A DNA stretch of 64,000 nt from the human T2T-CHM13v2.0 reference genome, Homo sapiens. The notes under the pieces were generated by a model. The model did not search any database, was not told the origin of the DNA, and saw nothing but the letters and a program-made list of their open reading frames with translations. Made by a program: the position numbers and the translations under genes. The stretch is taken from NCBI RefSeq assembly GCF_009914755.1, contig NC_060928.1; one strand, given 5' to 3'. Within the stretch, counting starts at the first letter, position 1. Each line of letters begins with the position of its first letter. Positions 15,606-30,283 of this stretch are shown here, in pieces.

Positions 15606-16348
15606 GTGTTAGTTAGTTCCTGGAAATTATTGCTAGTTCCTAGAAAGGTCCCTTTTCTCCAAAGGTAAGAAATAAAAAGCACGTTGTATTTTCCTGTTTT
15701 GCCTTGACTGCCAGGAAGCCTGGAACTAAAAGTTGAAGCTTGGTTGTGTAACTTTTATTAGCCCAGGTGTCTTTACCATTTCTAGGAATATTTCTTTTCC
15801 TGGCTAACTGTAACTCATCTGTCTAGCCCTAATTTAGAAGACATCTCCACCAGGGAGCTATCTTAGAAGCCTTCCTCCTCCCCCTAACCCAAGCTGAACA
15901 AAATGCTCATCCTTTACTGCCACCCACATAACACCCATCAGAATACAACCAGAAGACCTGGCTGTGTCTCTGTCTCCCCGCCTTGATTACCCTCGTCTCA
16001 CTCATCTGTGGTCTCCTGCATCTGTTAAAAGGAACTAGACTTCTTCTTCTATTGCTGTTTTGTTTTTGATCAAATCATATCTTAAGGCCTTTTCCACCCA
16101 AGTCTCTCCAAATATTTTGCAAGTAGGACATACCTCATTAATAAATATATAGTATTTATACCAAAGTCCACTCCAGAATGATACATGCAGATTGATGGCC
16201 TCAATGATTCTTCTTTTGCTTTTCTGTTGAATTTGACTTTCCCGATTCACAGTTGATAGTGCCCTTGCGAACTAAATCTTCAACACCAATGGAACTAGAA
16301 AAAACAAAGGAACAAAAGATTTGGAGGATGTAGCAAATTATAAAAGAA

Positions 16349-16573
16349 AGCCTGGGCAATACAGTGAGATCCCGTCTCTACAAAAAATAAAAAAATTAGC
16401 CGTGCATGGTGGCACCTACCTGTAGTCCCAGCTACTCAAGAGGCTGAGGCAGGAGGATCACTGGAGCCTGGGAGTTCAAGGCTGCTGTGAGCTATAATTG
16501 CGTCATTGCACTCCAGCCTGGGCAACTGAGGGAGCCCCTATCTCAAAAAATAATAAAATAAAATAAAATAAAA
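16349..16573 (+). mobile_element. 5'-truncated AluJ
   Basis: Starts at AGCCTGGGCAATACAG; right arm complete with (TAAAA)n tail. Confidence 0.85.
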
Positions 16574-18129
16574 TAATTAGGAAAGATGCTAGGGTATATC
16601 CAGTGCCAGGGTATATATGTGGGTAGTGCCAGAAATAAGCAAAATTTGAGAGGATATTGTATCAGGTGAGAGAAGGTAACAGGTGACTAGTTTTCAATTT
16701 AAATAACTTATTTTTCATATTACAGAGACAATACATGTTTGTTGTGGAAAAACTAAAAATACATAAAAAGCAGAATCAAAATTATTCTGTTTTTAAGTTC
16801 TTCCAGATCTTTTTCTATACATATTAACTAGCAGTGTTATTCCACTTTGTTTCCTGTACTAGCAGTTGGTATGACAATCCTGCTAACTGGCCGGAGGTAT
16901 AGAATTCCCAGGTAACAAATTCAGATATGGGAAAATGGTAACTTGCTCTAGTTTTCTATTACAGCATCAACTTTGAATTCCAATTCTTCTGCTAGTGGTA
17001 AACCAAATGCAGTCACTTACTAATATGATCAGTTTAGTGATTTCCCAGGTATTTGGGATTAACTTCAGTTATTTCTGGGTCCCTCCCTTGCTCCACCCTT
17101 TACCCCCACTTCCGTTTTTTTCTAGAATTGCCTCCAGAATGCCAAAGAGTTGATAGGGAAAGTTGTCTCTAAAATACAACATTGGTTCTTCAGTCCTTAG
17201 AGGACCAAGAGCTAAGAATTAACTCCTTATGTTTATATTTTAGAATGGCCTCCTTTTTGTAGATCAAATGGTCTAATTTCCTAGTTTGGATGGGTTCAGG
17301 TAGGTGTATAAACAGAGAGTGTCCAGGACTCCCAAATGCATATTATGTTTATAGAATTTCATTTACTATCCTGCCACTTATATTCATGATAATTTCAGTA
17401 ACAATGCAATGCACTCTCTCCAGGGAAGGATGGATGTGATGAGACATGGTGGGTCCGCTGGATTGAGCACCAGAAGCCCAAGGTCCCAGTCTTAGTTCTT
17501 TCACTAATGAGATTCTCTTGCCTCCATTTGCCTTATATGTAAAACAGTAGGGCTGAGTAGATGATCTCTAAGACCCGGCACTCACATTCCATGAGTCTAT
17601 CAGATTCCTGGTGGGGAGGCGCATACAAAGATTTTCAGAGGCAAAGGTAGACCTAAGCTTCTAAAGACATGGACCTGCTACAAACAACCCAGCCAGGTCC
17701 TCAAGCCTTTCCATCATCACTGAGATCCAGAAACGAAGGCCTGTATTTACAGCAACATCACAGTCCTGCCAGGATAAGAATAGAGGGTGGTGCCTTCCAG
17801 AACTGCCAAACAGCTGGGCATCACTGAATTGAAATAGACAGCCATAAACAGGGTGGGTTGGAGAAGCATGACAGTTGTGAAATCAGGGCAAATACACCGG
17901 AAAGAAACATGATGTGGTTGCTTCGCTATCTGTGAAGCAGCAAATGCAAAGCTTATCTGAGGCCAGGAACAAAAGTCTTCATGTCTACAGTGATGATCGT
18001 CTCAGCTACGAACACATAACAATAAGCACTGGTGTTGGTAACCATGCTTTAGCACCCAAAGGTCCACAACAACTTTGCTATGCAGCAAGAGGTCACTTGC
18101 TTACATATCTCATTATTACATTCTCTCTT

Positions 18130-18590
18130 CGTGAAAACTGGCAATCCGTTGGAGTAGACTAGATCATTGTTCCCGGTTCTTCATGCCTTTTCTGAATTAC
18201 AGTTCTTCATCTATGTCCTTGCAACTTGGTAGTTTATGTCCCTGCCTTTCTGATGCTGGGCCAGGCCATGTATGACTTGCTCTGATCAAAGATATATGGA
18301 TGGGAGAGACAGTGTGCTGGGTGTGGTCAAAGGTCTCTAAGAGCCATCACAGACTTTGACTTGCCTTCTTGTCTTTCTGTGATCTTGCATTTATATGATC
18401 TTCGAAGATGAGCCCCATAATGTGAAGCAGAACACAAAATCAGAAACCCAGACTCCAGCCTAGTATAGCCTATGTCAACCAAACCGCAGCTGCAGACCCA
18501 TGAGCATGAAACTAAATGGTTATGATTATGAGCTATGGAGGGATATAAGATTGTTCCGTAGCATTAGTGCAGCAATAGCAAATTGATTTA
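18130..18590 (+). mobile_element. MLT1-family MaLR LTR (old)
   Basis: GGCCATGTATGACTTGCTCTGATCAA ... CCCATGAGCATGAAACTAAATGGTTATGATTATGAGC...TAGCATTAGTGCAGCAATAGC. Confidence 0.65.
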
Positions 18591-20185
18591 TCTCTTAGGA
18601 TTCTTCATTCAGGAGTTGCAAACCTGAGTGAAGAAAGTCAGATAAGAAAATAAGAACTGCTTTTGGTAAGCAGAGAAAAACTTTGAGAAATTGGCTGTCA
18701 GGTTATACTGTAAAGCCTTTGGAAGATAGGACTGTTCACACTTAACTTGTCATGGTCATCTTTTTCCCTTCTCCTGCAGGAACCACTGCTCAGTCTAGAG
18801 CCAGCAATTATATACAGCTGGGTCATGCTATGTTTTCACCCATGGCACTCCTGGATTCCTGAGTCACTGGACAGTTGTGTTAGAACCCGTGTTCACAGAA
18901 GTGTTTATTGGACTGAAAGGATATTAATAGCACGTGCAGCATTTAAGCTGTACTCGTGATCTTTATCACAATATATTCAGATGATATAATTTAGATGATC
19001 TCTTTCTGCACTAATTGATTATACGCTTCTGGGAATGCTTCTGGGAAGCAGGATCCATACCTGAGTTAACTTTATGACTTCCTTTTACTCAAAGCTCTGC
19101 CCTCCAGGAGAGCCTAGAGCCAAGTAATACATGTTAAATGAATACAAGAATTAAAGAATCTTAAAATGGCCCTTATTCAAATGAGATAAAAAAATCTCTT
19201 CTTGCATATGGGCACCTATGTTTGTAGATGGTCACAAGTTACTGAATCAGAGACAAATAAAATAATTCTTACTGTCTCCCTGCCAGGAGATTAACTCCTG
19301 AACCTTTGCAAGGGTGGCCTTTCATTGGAATGAGCCCGGTACACACACCCTGCCTACATTCTCCTCCTCTGGTGTTGAGTTGTTTTTCTCCATTGCACAA
19401 ACCTGTCTGTCCTTTCTCCTCAGGGTCCTTTGCAAAACACATTGCCACATTGCCTCTTAAAAAAAAAAAAAAAAATCAGACCCAATAGGATGGAAGTTTG
19501 AATGCCTGGCTTTTGTCTGTGAATACCTAAAGGTGTTCGCTTGGTGATGTCTGGAGGTTGTTCAGGCTGTCATCAATTACAGTGCATGCCAGGCTCCTGT
19601 GGGGCTTTGGCAGGAGAGGAAGCTTATTTTAGATGCTTGCAGAGCACTCATAAAACCTCCTTCTTTGATCATCTTTAGGGATTGAGGATTTTTTCTGGCT
19701 GAGGACAAAATAAGAGAAAAAGCATTGTCTTCACATAAAAACATTAGCGTGTTGAAAAAACAAGGAGACAAAATATGCTTGCATATGCAGAGAAAACTGG
19801 AAGGATGGGATCCTCCAGGAATTAAGAGTGCACCTCTGGAGAAGGAGATTGAAAGCTGAGGGGAGACAGGGCACGGAGGAGGAGGAGGGAAAATAAAGGA
19901 GGCAGGTTTCCCTTAATACGCTTCTGTACTATTTGAAAAAAGATTAATACTGTGTATTACCTTCTTAATATTAAAAACAAAATAAGAAAAGATGTGTAAG
20001 GAGAAAAAAAGAGATGTACAATTATGGAATGACTTTTGGGCCCATAGGTAGTTGGTGATGCCAGTGGAAAAGAAGACAGATGACTCAATTAAAAAAACTT
20101 AGATTTTTAAGAGACACTATGTATCAAAGTCAGAAATTGTAAGTCAACAGTAGGATTGCCTAGTAAACAAAAACCAAAGGGATGA

Positions 20186-20542
<357 letters not shown>

Positions 20543-20787
20543 ATGAAGTTTTGTTGCAAAAGATTCTGTGGACAGAATCCAGAGAAGCTACTGAGTCCAT
20601 ACATAGATAACTGGAAGCATATCTTTATGAAATATCGGTGTGGGATAGGGGAAGGCATCCCAACATGGAATTTTTTTAAAGCCTTATTTGATGACCAGAA
20701 AAGACTGTGGGTGAGGCTGGAGGCACAGTTGGAGGGGAAAGATGGAAGGGTGACCAGAATGCAACTCTAAAAGCTCATTCCAAACCC

Positions 20788-21170
20788 CAGGGGTTCTCGA
20801 CTGGGGTATTTGTTAATGTCTGGAGACATTTTCAGTTGTCACAACTTGGTGGTGCTACTGGCATCTAGTGGGTAGACATCCTGTAACACAGAGGCCAGCC
20901 CCCAACCACAAAGAATTCTTTCACCCCAAATGTCAGAAGTATGCAGCGTGAGAAACCCTGTACTAAAAAGTGAATAATGAGATTGCTGAGCAGTTAATGC
21001 CTCACATTGTGTGTGCTTTACAGTTTACTAGGTGTTTCCACATCCATTTGCTCCTCATCACAAACCTAGTGGGTTGGCAGGGCAGACTTCTCTATTTCCC
21101 TGTGGCTGCTGAGGAAGTAGAAGTTCAGAGACTGATCCAAGGGCACACAGCCTGGAGTCCAGGTGTTTGG
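20788..21170. mobile_element. MER20 followed by MIR
   Basis: AATGTCTGGAGACATTTTCAGTTGTCACAAC...GCTACTGGCATCTAGTGGGTAGA...GAGAAACCCTG (MER20, to about 20960), then antisense MIR-like text. Confidence 0.75.
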
Positions 21171-21575
21171 CCCTGTCTCCACACTCTGCTGACTCTCCTG
21201 TCCCATGTGGCATACCAAAGTCATCTTTGAACGAGATGCTTGGGTGAATATGTGCCATGCCCCAGAAGGTGACAGGGAGAGGGGCTGCCAATGAAGCAAA
21301 AGTAGAAAACTCACAGTGCCAGGGGTGACATTACTGAAAGGGACTGATGGAAAATTGCTCAAGTGCCAGTGAAACAGCTACAATGGTTTCCCCTTTGGTG
21401 GTGGCTCTTGGTCACATTTTGTCATACACCCACAGGAGTTTTTGATACACAGAGACCTGAAAGCGCTTGGCTTGTTCAAGGAAGGACAATTACATGCAGT
21501 TAGAAAGTGGAGGTGATGAAAGAGATGTGGCGGACAGTGAGGTTGGAAAGCAGAGACACGATCCTGGAGATCAAG

Positions 21576-22264
21576 TGAAAAATAGAACTAGATTAGGTGT
21601 CGTCCAAAAAAAACCACCTAATTGGCCAAACTGTAGAAAGGAGAGCTTTATTGGAGATAACTGGTTTACAAGCTGAGAAGATAAAATGTGGATTGAAGGT
21701 GCTATCTCTTTGAAGAGGGGAAGGACAGGTTGGGTTTTATGCCTTGCACAGCCTGTATCACACATATTCAGCAGGTTTGGGGGCAAAAGTTGTATTTATA
21801 AGGGGAGCAAAGTGCATGCACAATGGGTAAACATATGTAATATATATCCTGTGTTCACTTTGGGGTGGGGTTTTAGCATTAAAATGAGGTGGAATTTGGC
21901 TGTTTACATCAAAAAGTGAACTATAGGACACAAAAACTGTTTGTATGCAGCCTTTATAAGCTGCCTGAAACTGGCTTAAGGTCTGCAATTGCTTATCAGA
22001 AAAGAATGTTTGTAAGGCCAGTCCTCTGTCCAGTCAGAGTCATAGTGGCCTGGGTTGTAAATCAGAGTTAGGAGGGGTATTGTTAGTGTGTTTAATAAGA
22101 GTGTGTGTGTGTGTGTGTGTGTGTGTTTGTAGCTATAGAAATTTAGAAATTTCTACACGCCAGCCAGGTCCTGAACCCTCAACCTGTAGGAAACTTTTGT
22201 TTCCTTAACCTTGGGGTCAATCATAACTGGTGAAGGAGCATCTATTTTGGTATTGCAGATCACA
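21576..22264 (-). mobile_element. MER39-family ERV1 solo LTR containing a (GT)n tract
   Basis: Minus strand begins TGTGATCTGCAATACCAAAATAGATGC...AAGGTTAAGGAAACAAAAGTT; AATAAAG near its 3' end (about 21646); (GT)n at about 22100-22126. Confidence 0.75.
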
Positions 22265-23448
22265 GTCAGCAACCACGAGCCCTGGACATTTTGAAGGGCA
22301 GTAGTGACATGAGTTGACCAGTGTTTTAGAAAGTCTCCACTACATGAAGGACATTTTCTTTGAAATCACATTTATTCCTCTTGCCCATATTATAAAACTG
22401 ATTGCTTTTAAAAGCATTGCATTTGATGTCGGTGGGTTTTCACTGAGGGCTGAGTACTCTGCTACAATTTGGATGACAGAACTTACAGAGAAATTGGAAG
22501 CAGATGAAAATAGCATCCTGCACAGGCTGTCCTTTTGGGTGCCTATTTAAATACATAGTAAGTGAAGTCATAGCACAAACACTCTTACGAGCAGCCATCA
22601 CCTGACACTAACCCAAATAGGTTTATTACTACAATGCTACATTCAAATGAACCAAAATAGCCTACAGTGTGTACACAGGGTATCTAGTGTCATTTACATT
22701 TGCTGTCTCTGAAATGGAGTTCATCACCCTAAAAAGTGTAAGAAAGGAAAGCACTTAATTGCTCATGGTATCATGCTGTGCACCAAACCCAATAGTGACT
22801 GTCTTTACCTTTTAATTACTTACAACTCATATTTTAATAAACATTTTAATATTTTTTTGGGTAATACATGCTCACTGTAGATAAACTGGAAAAATGCAGA
22901 TAAGTAAAAGGCAGAAAATAAAAGAGTCACCCACTATTCACCACAATACATTTCTTTCCAGAGTTATTATCTAAATTGCCCTTCTAAACACATTAATCAT
23001 GGTGCCTTTTATTCCTAACTTCCTCTTACAGTTTCAGAGAAGATGCATCAGGATACTTTATTGTTCTAAAGTAAACACTGCTTAGATCAAAGGTGGCACT
23101 TGACCCAAAGCCATCCAGTGATCCACAAGGTAGCGGGCCTGAGGTCATCTGCCCTAGAGGAGTGATAATGAGCAAATCTAACTTGTCCTTCTGAAATCTG
23201 GACTGAAGGATTTGTGGCCCATTGGCCAATTGGCAGTGAAAAGGGTGAAACTCACAAACATGGAGCTAGAAGGACAGGTCAACGAGAGAGAACACCTGGG
23301 TCAGATGAGAGGGCGACACAGAGAGAATCAGCGGTAGGGCTGAGAGTGTGCTAGGTCCATCCACAGATAGCCTTATAATAAAGCCCCTCTTTCCTTTCCC
23401 CTTAAGGCAGTTAGACACTGTTTTTGTTTTGTATAATCAAAAGTGCTA

Positions 23449-23744
<296 letters not shown>

Positions 23745-23997
23745 GTGCAATATGCTCAATTTTATTTTAGGGTTCCCAGTCATTAGCAGGAAATGGACAT
23801 GAAGTAAATCTTAATGTTTATGCAAATGAAATAATTCACCTGTTCTCTCAAACAAAATTATACTGTATTCAAGATCTTGGGAAACTCCAGGTAAAATGTC
23901 ATGATTCCCAACCTCAAGGAACTTATTATGAGATATAACTATAAATATCTACAGACAAATAAAAATATAGTTATTTTAAGAAGGGTAAAATGACATA

Positions 23998-24682
23998 CTT
24001 CATTGAGGATGCTTTTGGCTTCAAGCAACAGAAAACCTCACTTAAAATGCTTAAAAAACGGAATCTCACATTAAAAAAAGTCCTAGTCAGGCATGGTGGC
24101 ACACCTGTAGTCCCAGCTGCTAGTGAGTCTGAGGCAGGAGGATTGCTTGAGCCCAGTATTTCAGGTCCAGCCTGGGCAACATAACGAGACTCCATCTCTT
24201 TAAAAAAAAAAAAAAGTCTGCAGATAAAGCAGTTCCAGGGCTTACTGGTCCAATGAATGCCTAAACACCATCATCAAGGACATGGGTTCCTTCTGTCTTT
24301 CTGCTCTGCCATCTTCAAAATTTTATTGACTTTTGGTCCTAAGGTTTGTTTCCTCATAGATGCCAGGTGACTATTTCTCTTCCAAGGATCAAACCCTTAC
24401 ACAACAGTGTCTGAAGTTTGGAAAAGATGATGTTTCTGAGTTATAAGAAAAACTCTCAGAGCCCACTAGCCGGCTTCCCTTCGCACTCCATCACCATTGT
24501 CACTGGCAACGGAAATGGAATTATCTAATTGGTTTAGCCTAATCAAGAATCACCCCTGAGACTGGAGAGGGGTGCGTGAAACACATGGTTACCCAATACC
24601 TCAACAAAATAGGGGTTTGGTTAACAGAAAGAGGGGGGCGGCACAAAATGATTCTTGAGTGGGCAACTAAGGGTGTCTGTCA
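23998..24682 (-). mobile_element. MLT1J/K-like MaLR LTR with a FLAM monomer inserted at about 24085-24214
   Basis: GGATGCTTTTGGCTTCAAGCAACAGAAAAC; CATCAAGGACATGGGTTCCTTCTGTCTTTCTGCTCTGCCATC; Alu monomer with A tail. Confidence 0.7.
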
Positions 24683-25077
24683 TATATGGTTTAAAAGGGC
24701 AAATTTAAAAACTACTGATGGGGGTTGGGGAGATGTTGGTCAAAGGATACAAAATTTCAGTTAGATAGACAATAAGTTCAAGAGAGCTATCATGAACTTA
24801 TTTTAGAACAGGGTGAGAATAGTTAATAACAATGTATTGAATTCTCAAAAACTACTTCAAAAAGTGGGGGAAATGACTAGTAAAACAAAAATGGAGTAAA
24901 AATTAGAGTTAAAATTAGTATAAGAATCTAGATTAAAATACAGATTAAGAAAAAATTTAAATATCACATAGTTTAATGAAAAGAAGAAAAAAAGCTGAGG
25001 AAAATTGAGATCTAACTGAAATATTAAATCCAGAAAACTAAGATATCAAAAAGATGAAACGATAAAATAAATTAAGC

Positions 25078-25230
25078 CCAGCAGTTCTCAAAGGATGGTT
25101 CTTTGGCCAGAAGCACCAGCATAAACTGGGAACTTGCTAGAAATGCAAATACTGGGCTCCACCCCAGGGCTACTGAATCAGAAACCTTGCGGGTGGGGCC
25201 CAGCAATCTGTTTTAACAAGTCCTCCAGAA
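25078..25230. mobile_element. MER5A
   Basis: CAGCAGTTCTCAAAG...CTGGGAACTTGCTAGAAATGCAAAT...CTACTGAATCAGAAAC. Confidence 0.85.
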
Positions 25231-25295
25231 CCAACAGGATCCCCAGGAGTTGATGTAGCTAACACTTCTGAATCCAAAGAAAAATAGACACTTTA

Positions 25296-25975
<680 letters not shown>

Positions 25976-26285
25976 GCTTAGAGCTTCTAGGTTGAGAGGT
26001 GAGGGTTGAAGAGGCCTCTTGGCTCTTGATAGCTTCCTTGACCTCACACTTGCTGCCCATGTTCCTCAACAGCCTGGCTATAAGCTTTGGAGAAAACATA
26101 AAACAAGTATGCACGCAGCTCACATCTTTTCTCCAGCAGGTCTACGTATACCTGCCCTGCATACCAACATCTGACCCTCAAATTACTCCATCTGGATCCC
26201 AGATTGTGGGCTCTCAGTATGGAAAAGCATAGGCCAATGTTGAAATTCTTGACTGATGTCTCTTGTGCTTTCTAAACACTGATGG

Positions 26286-26430
26286 GGCTGGGCATGGTGG
26301 CTTATGATTATAATCCCAACACTTTGGGAGACTGAGTAGGGGGATCGCTTGAGCACAGGAGGTTGAGACTGCAGTGAGCCATGATCTCGCCACTGCACTC
26401 CAGCCTGGGTAACAGTGAGACTCTGTCTCT

Positions 26431-26460
<30 letters not shown>
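26286..26460 (+). mobile_element. Monomeric Alu (left-arm head joined to right-arm tail)
   Basis: Single monomer with (TAAA)n tail and intact TSD TAAACACTGATGG(G). Confidence 0.85.
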
Positions 26461-26461
<1 letters not shown>

Positions 26462-26557
26462 AAACACTGATGGGAACATAATGTCCTCATTTCCAGCCTG
26501 GGCCAGTCCACCTCATAGGGAGCAACCCTAATTTTACATATGTATAAAATATTATAC

Positions 26558-26707
26558 AGATGGTCCCCAACTTATAATGGTTCAACATATGATTTTTTTG
26601 ACTTTACACTTGGTTTATTATTAGATGGATTTTCGGCTTATGATATTTTCAACTTATGATGGGCTTATTGGGACATATACCCATCATAAGTCAAGGAGCA
26701 TCTCTAT
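26558..26707 (-). mobile_element. MER47-like TcMar-Tigger MITE
   Basis: TA|CAGATGGTCCCCAACTTATAATGG ... CCCATCATAAGTCAAGGAGCATCT inverted termini. Confidence 0.7.
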
Positions 26708-28109
26708 ATACTATGTAATTATAATATTATACGTAAATTCTTTTACGCATAATTATATGTTATATGTAATTATTAGATATGTGTGTGTATATACACATAT
26801 ATACACATATGAAAAATGAAAATAATATATATTTTAGTGGCCTAGGAGGGGGCCTGAGCATTTTAGAAGGTTCTCAGGTGATTTTCCTGGGCAGCCAGCA
26901 TTGAGAACCACTGATTTAGAGTGAAACATTCATAAACTCAGATCTCTGGATAAGAAAATATAACATATTTAAAATAGAAGAGAGAAATACAGGTAACAAA
27001 AGTTCCCAAATAATGTCAGTGGGAAGAAAGCCTGGACTTTGCTTACTCTCTCTTCACGCTCTCAAGAGGTGTGTCCACAAAGCACTCTCAATAGCTCCCG
27101 TAGCAACATTGATTCTTCCACTGGACCTTCATCTTTTCATGGTGGCCCAAAGGCTTTGCTCTCCCTCTCTCCCTGGTAGGGAGCTTGGTTCCATTGCTTC
27201 TTCATATTTGCCTTCTGACTCCCGCTAAGCCTCACCTGAACCAGCAGACACAAATATTGTTCCTGAGGTGTCTTCCTACCTCAAGGCTCAATTGAGCTGA
27301 ACTTCCCTAGAAATGACAAAGCAAGATACAAGAGAGATGGGCCCTAACAGACCAGTGAGCAGCCATGGCGGTTTAACAGACAAAAAGAGGATGGAGGGGG
27401 CTGGGAGAGAGGGCGACCACCTGTCCTGGTTTGCCTAGTTCCAAGGGCTAAAACTGAGACAGTCCTGAACAGTCCTATGACCAAGCACAGCTTTGTGTCT
27501 TGCAGGAGACGACACTTTCATGTGGGTCTATGAGACCTCATTGAACACAAGCATTTTATATTTTATTTGTTTTGTGAGCATGCTAAGAGTTAATTTTCCA
27601 ATTTTCTTTTTTCTTTTTTTTAATTAAACAATAGATGTGTCAACCATCGAAAAACTTAAATATTCAGAGAAGCAAGAAAAAAACAAATGAAATCACTTGT
27701 AATCTCACTTTCCAAGGAAAATTACTTTTAAGATACTGGTGTTTCTCCTTCCAATCTTTTTATGAGCATTTATTCTAAATATCTGTGCAAATATAAATAT
27801 ATTAAATTTACTTTCTATTTAGGAAATCAAAGAAGTTGGGAGAATAGAAAAGATCATTAGACACAAACAAAAGATGGTACACAAAGGGAAATGAAAATAA
27901 AACATGAATGACAAGAGAAGTTAGGGTAAAACTGATCCACACCAGTGCTTCTCCAGGAGCCATAGCCTTGATCTGAGGCATCAGGGCAGTGCTTTGTCCG
28001 TGGAGTGTGCTAGAACCATGAGGTCATCCTCTCTGATGGTGGTCACCCTCTCTGATGGTTCTATTACTTTTAATTGCAAAAACAGCAATTGCTTTTGCAC
28101 CAGCCTAAT

Positions 28110-28600
28110 AAGTATATGCTGGGCTCCAGAACTGAAGAGGACTGAACGTCATAGGAGGCTGTGGCTAAAGAAACTGGAAATGGTTCAGAGAAGAGAAACC
28201 AAGATGACTAATAAAGGGGAGCACAATGAAGCCTTTGAGCAGAGGTGAAAGAAAGCACAACTGTGCGGCCGGAAAGAAAGGAGGGCTGAGACAACGTAAT
28301 ACCATTCATGTAGATGAGGGGTGTGCACCTCTAAGGGGTGACTTGCTGTTCTCTATTTTCACTGAGGACTGAAAAAGGAGAACAAATAATAAACATTACT
28401 CTGTATGTCTAAGGGTTTTTTACTTTGCCAGAATTTTTTTTTTTCCCAGTGACTGATATCATCCTTACATTTTGAGATACTGACTGTCCTTGCACAGGGA
28501 TTTAGGTTTGCATAGGAGAAACTACCACGGTGGCTGTTAAAGCATCCAGTGAGATTTTCCAAGGAGGGCACAGACTCTTCTTTCAATGATCAAAATAGAA
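28110..28600 (+). mobile_element. L3/CR1 LINE fragment
   Basis: Translated remnant KKLEMVQRRETKM resembles the CR1 ORF2 motif KLERVQRRATKM. Confidence 0.65.
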
Positions 28601-28719
28601 CCATTCTTCATCACATAGGGATGCTTTCTACATTGCCCTGCCTAAGAACCAAGAATAGTAAGTATACATTCCATTTCTAGAATACATTAATTGAATGTCT
28701 TTCTCCTTTCTAAACTCAT

Positions 28720-29530
28720 TGGGCCTGTGAAACAATCATTTGAGGTCACGAGGAAGATATTATCTTCCCATTGTCCAGGTGAGAAAATGAAGGTTTAGAG
28801 GAAGGAAGTGACCTGCCCAAGGCCCCACAGTGAATGGTAAGCTAGAGTATATTCCAGATCTAGGGATTCTGGGTTTCCAGGACTCTTGCCACACTAGTCA
28901 ATCTCTGAGATCAGAATCACCTGCAGGGCTTGTTGAAACACGGATTGCTGGATCCAGCCCCAGAGTTTCTGATTCTGTAGGTCTTGGGTGGGGCCTGAGA
29001 ATTTGCATTTCCAACAAGCTCCAGGTAATGCTGCTGCTGTCTGGGAACCACACTCTGAGAACGACTGTGTTATACCACACCTGCCAGCCAACTAGAGCTG
29101 TGAAAGGAAAACACTTCAGTAAGACCTCAAACCCAGAGAATTTTCATTCAGACCTCAGACTCAGAGAAGTTTTATTTAACTTGAAAAATCATCTGCATGA
29201 AACTCACTAATTTCTGACCACCTTCCAAGCAACTGGCCCCTGTGTTATCAGAACACATTAGCACACAAGTCCACTCACAGTGCAGAGTCCAAGCCTTGCT
29301 TCCACACACTTTCCCAGAGCAATACAACCCAAAGAGGTAGAAGTGGAGCAGGGGAACTAAGAAATATTGAGCACTTATTCTATGACAGGCAGTGTTCAGA
29401 GTCTTGTATAACTCCTTATTTTATGTTTACAGTCACTCTGATAGAGAAACAATTATTCCCATTTTACAGAGGAAGAAATTGAGGCTCAAAAGGGTTACAC
29501 AACTTTCCTAGGAAAACAACTAGAATATTC
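28720..29530. mobile_element. MIR (about 28720-28880), MER5A (about 28895-29068), MIR (about 29360-29530)
   Basis: GTGACCTGCCCAAGG; CAGAGTTTCTGATTCTGTAGGTCTTGGGTGGGGCCTGAGAATTTGCATTTC; CCCATTTTACAGAGGAAGAAATTGAGGCTC. Confidence 0.8.
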
Positions 29531-30141
29531 AGCTTCCAAACTATATATTTTTTTGACATCACAGATTCAACTATTTTAGATCCATTCCCTAACTTGTATT
29601 CTATCCACCCTAATTTTTAGCCCCTTAGCACATTTCTCTCCCCCATTCTTCAGGGTTAGTGAGCCTCCCGTCTTCAGCCTATGGGCATTGCACTTAATTT
29701 CTTTCTAATTCATAAAGCTCTTTTCTGAACTTTGGTGCCAGAATCATTTAGGACTTATTGGTTGTCTATTTAGCTTGATGCAAAGACCTAACCTAGAGGG
29801 AATTAGTTGGGTAAATTGTGGCACATCCTTATGCTGTTGTACATGGACATAAAAAATGGTTGTGATATATTTGAATTTTATTTTATTTTATTTTTACTTG
29901 TCTTTGTCAGGCAATATATTTGAATTTTAAAAAGCAAGTTACAATCATGCACAGTGTACTACTTTTTGTTAAAAAAAAAAAAAACCACATGCATGCAAAA
30001 ATGCACATTCACACATTGCAACCTACACAGCCTAGAAGAGTATACACCAAAATGTGAGCAATGATGAACTCAGAGTGGTGAAATTATGGGTGACTTTTAC
30101 ATTTTCTTTATTTTGTTTTTCTAAATGTTATGATTTTTCTT

Positions 30142-30283
30142 TTCTTTTTTTTCTGTCTCTTTATTAGAGACAGAGTTTCACCATGTTGCCCAGGCTGGTC
30201 TCAAACTCCTGAGCTCAGGCCATCCATCCACCTCAAACTTCCACACTGCTGGGATTACAGGTGTGAGCCACCATGACTGGACA
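30142..30283 (-). mobile_element. FLAM_C-like free left Alu monomer within old L1 sequence
   Basis: Left monomer only; TSD AAATGTTATGATTTTTCTT on both sides. Confidence 0.85.

Noticed and set aside
15847-15858. CTCF-like CCACCAGGGAGC (and CTACCAGGTGGT near 35352)
   Set aside because: Imperfect cores with mismatches at informative positions; not supportable without a PWM scan or ChIP data.
19459-19475. Isolated poly-A run
   Set aside because: No TSD or recognisable upstream retrocopy body.
28022-28059. 19-bp tandem duplication GGTCA(T/C)CCTCTCTGATGGT
   Set aside because: Ordinary slippage duplication with no further structure.
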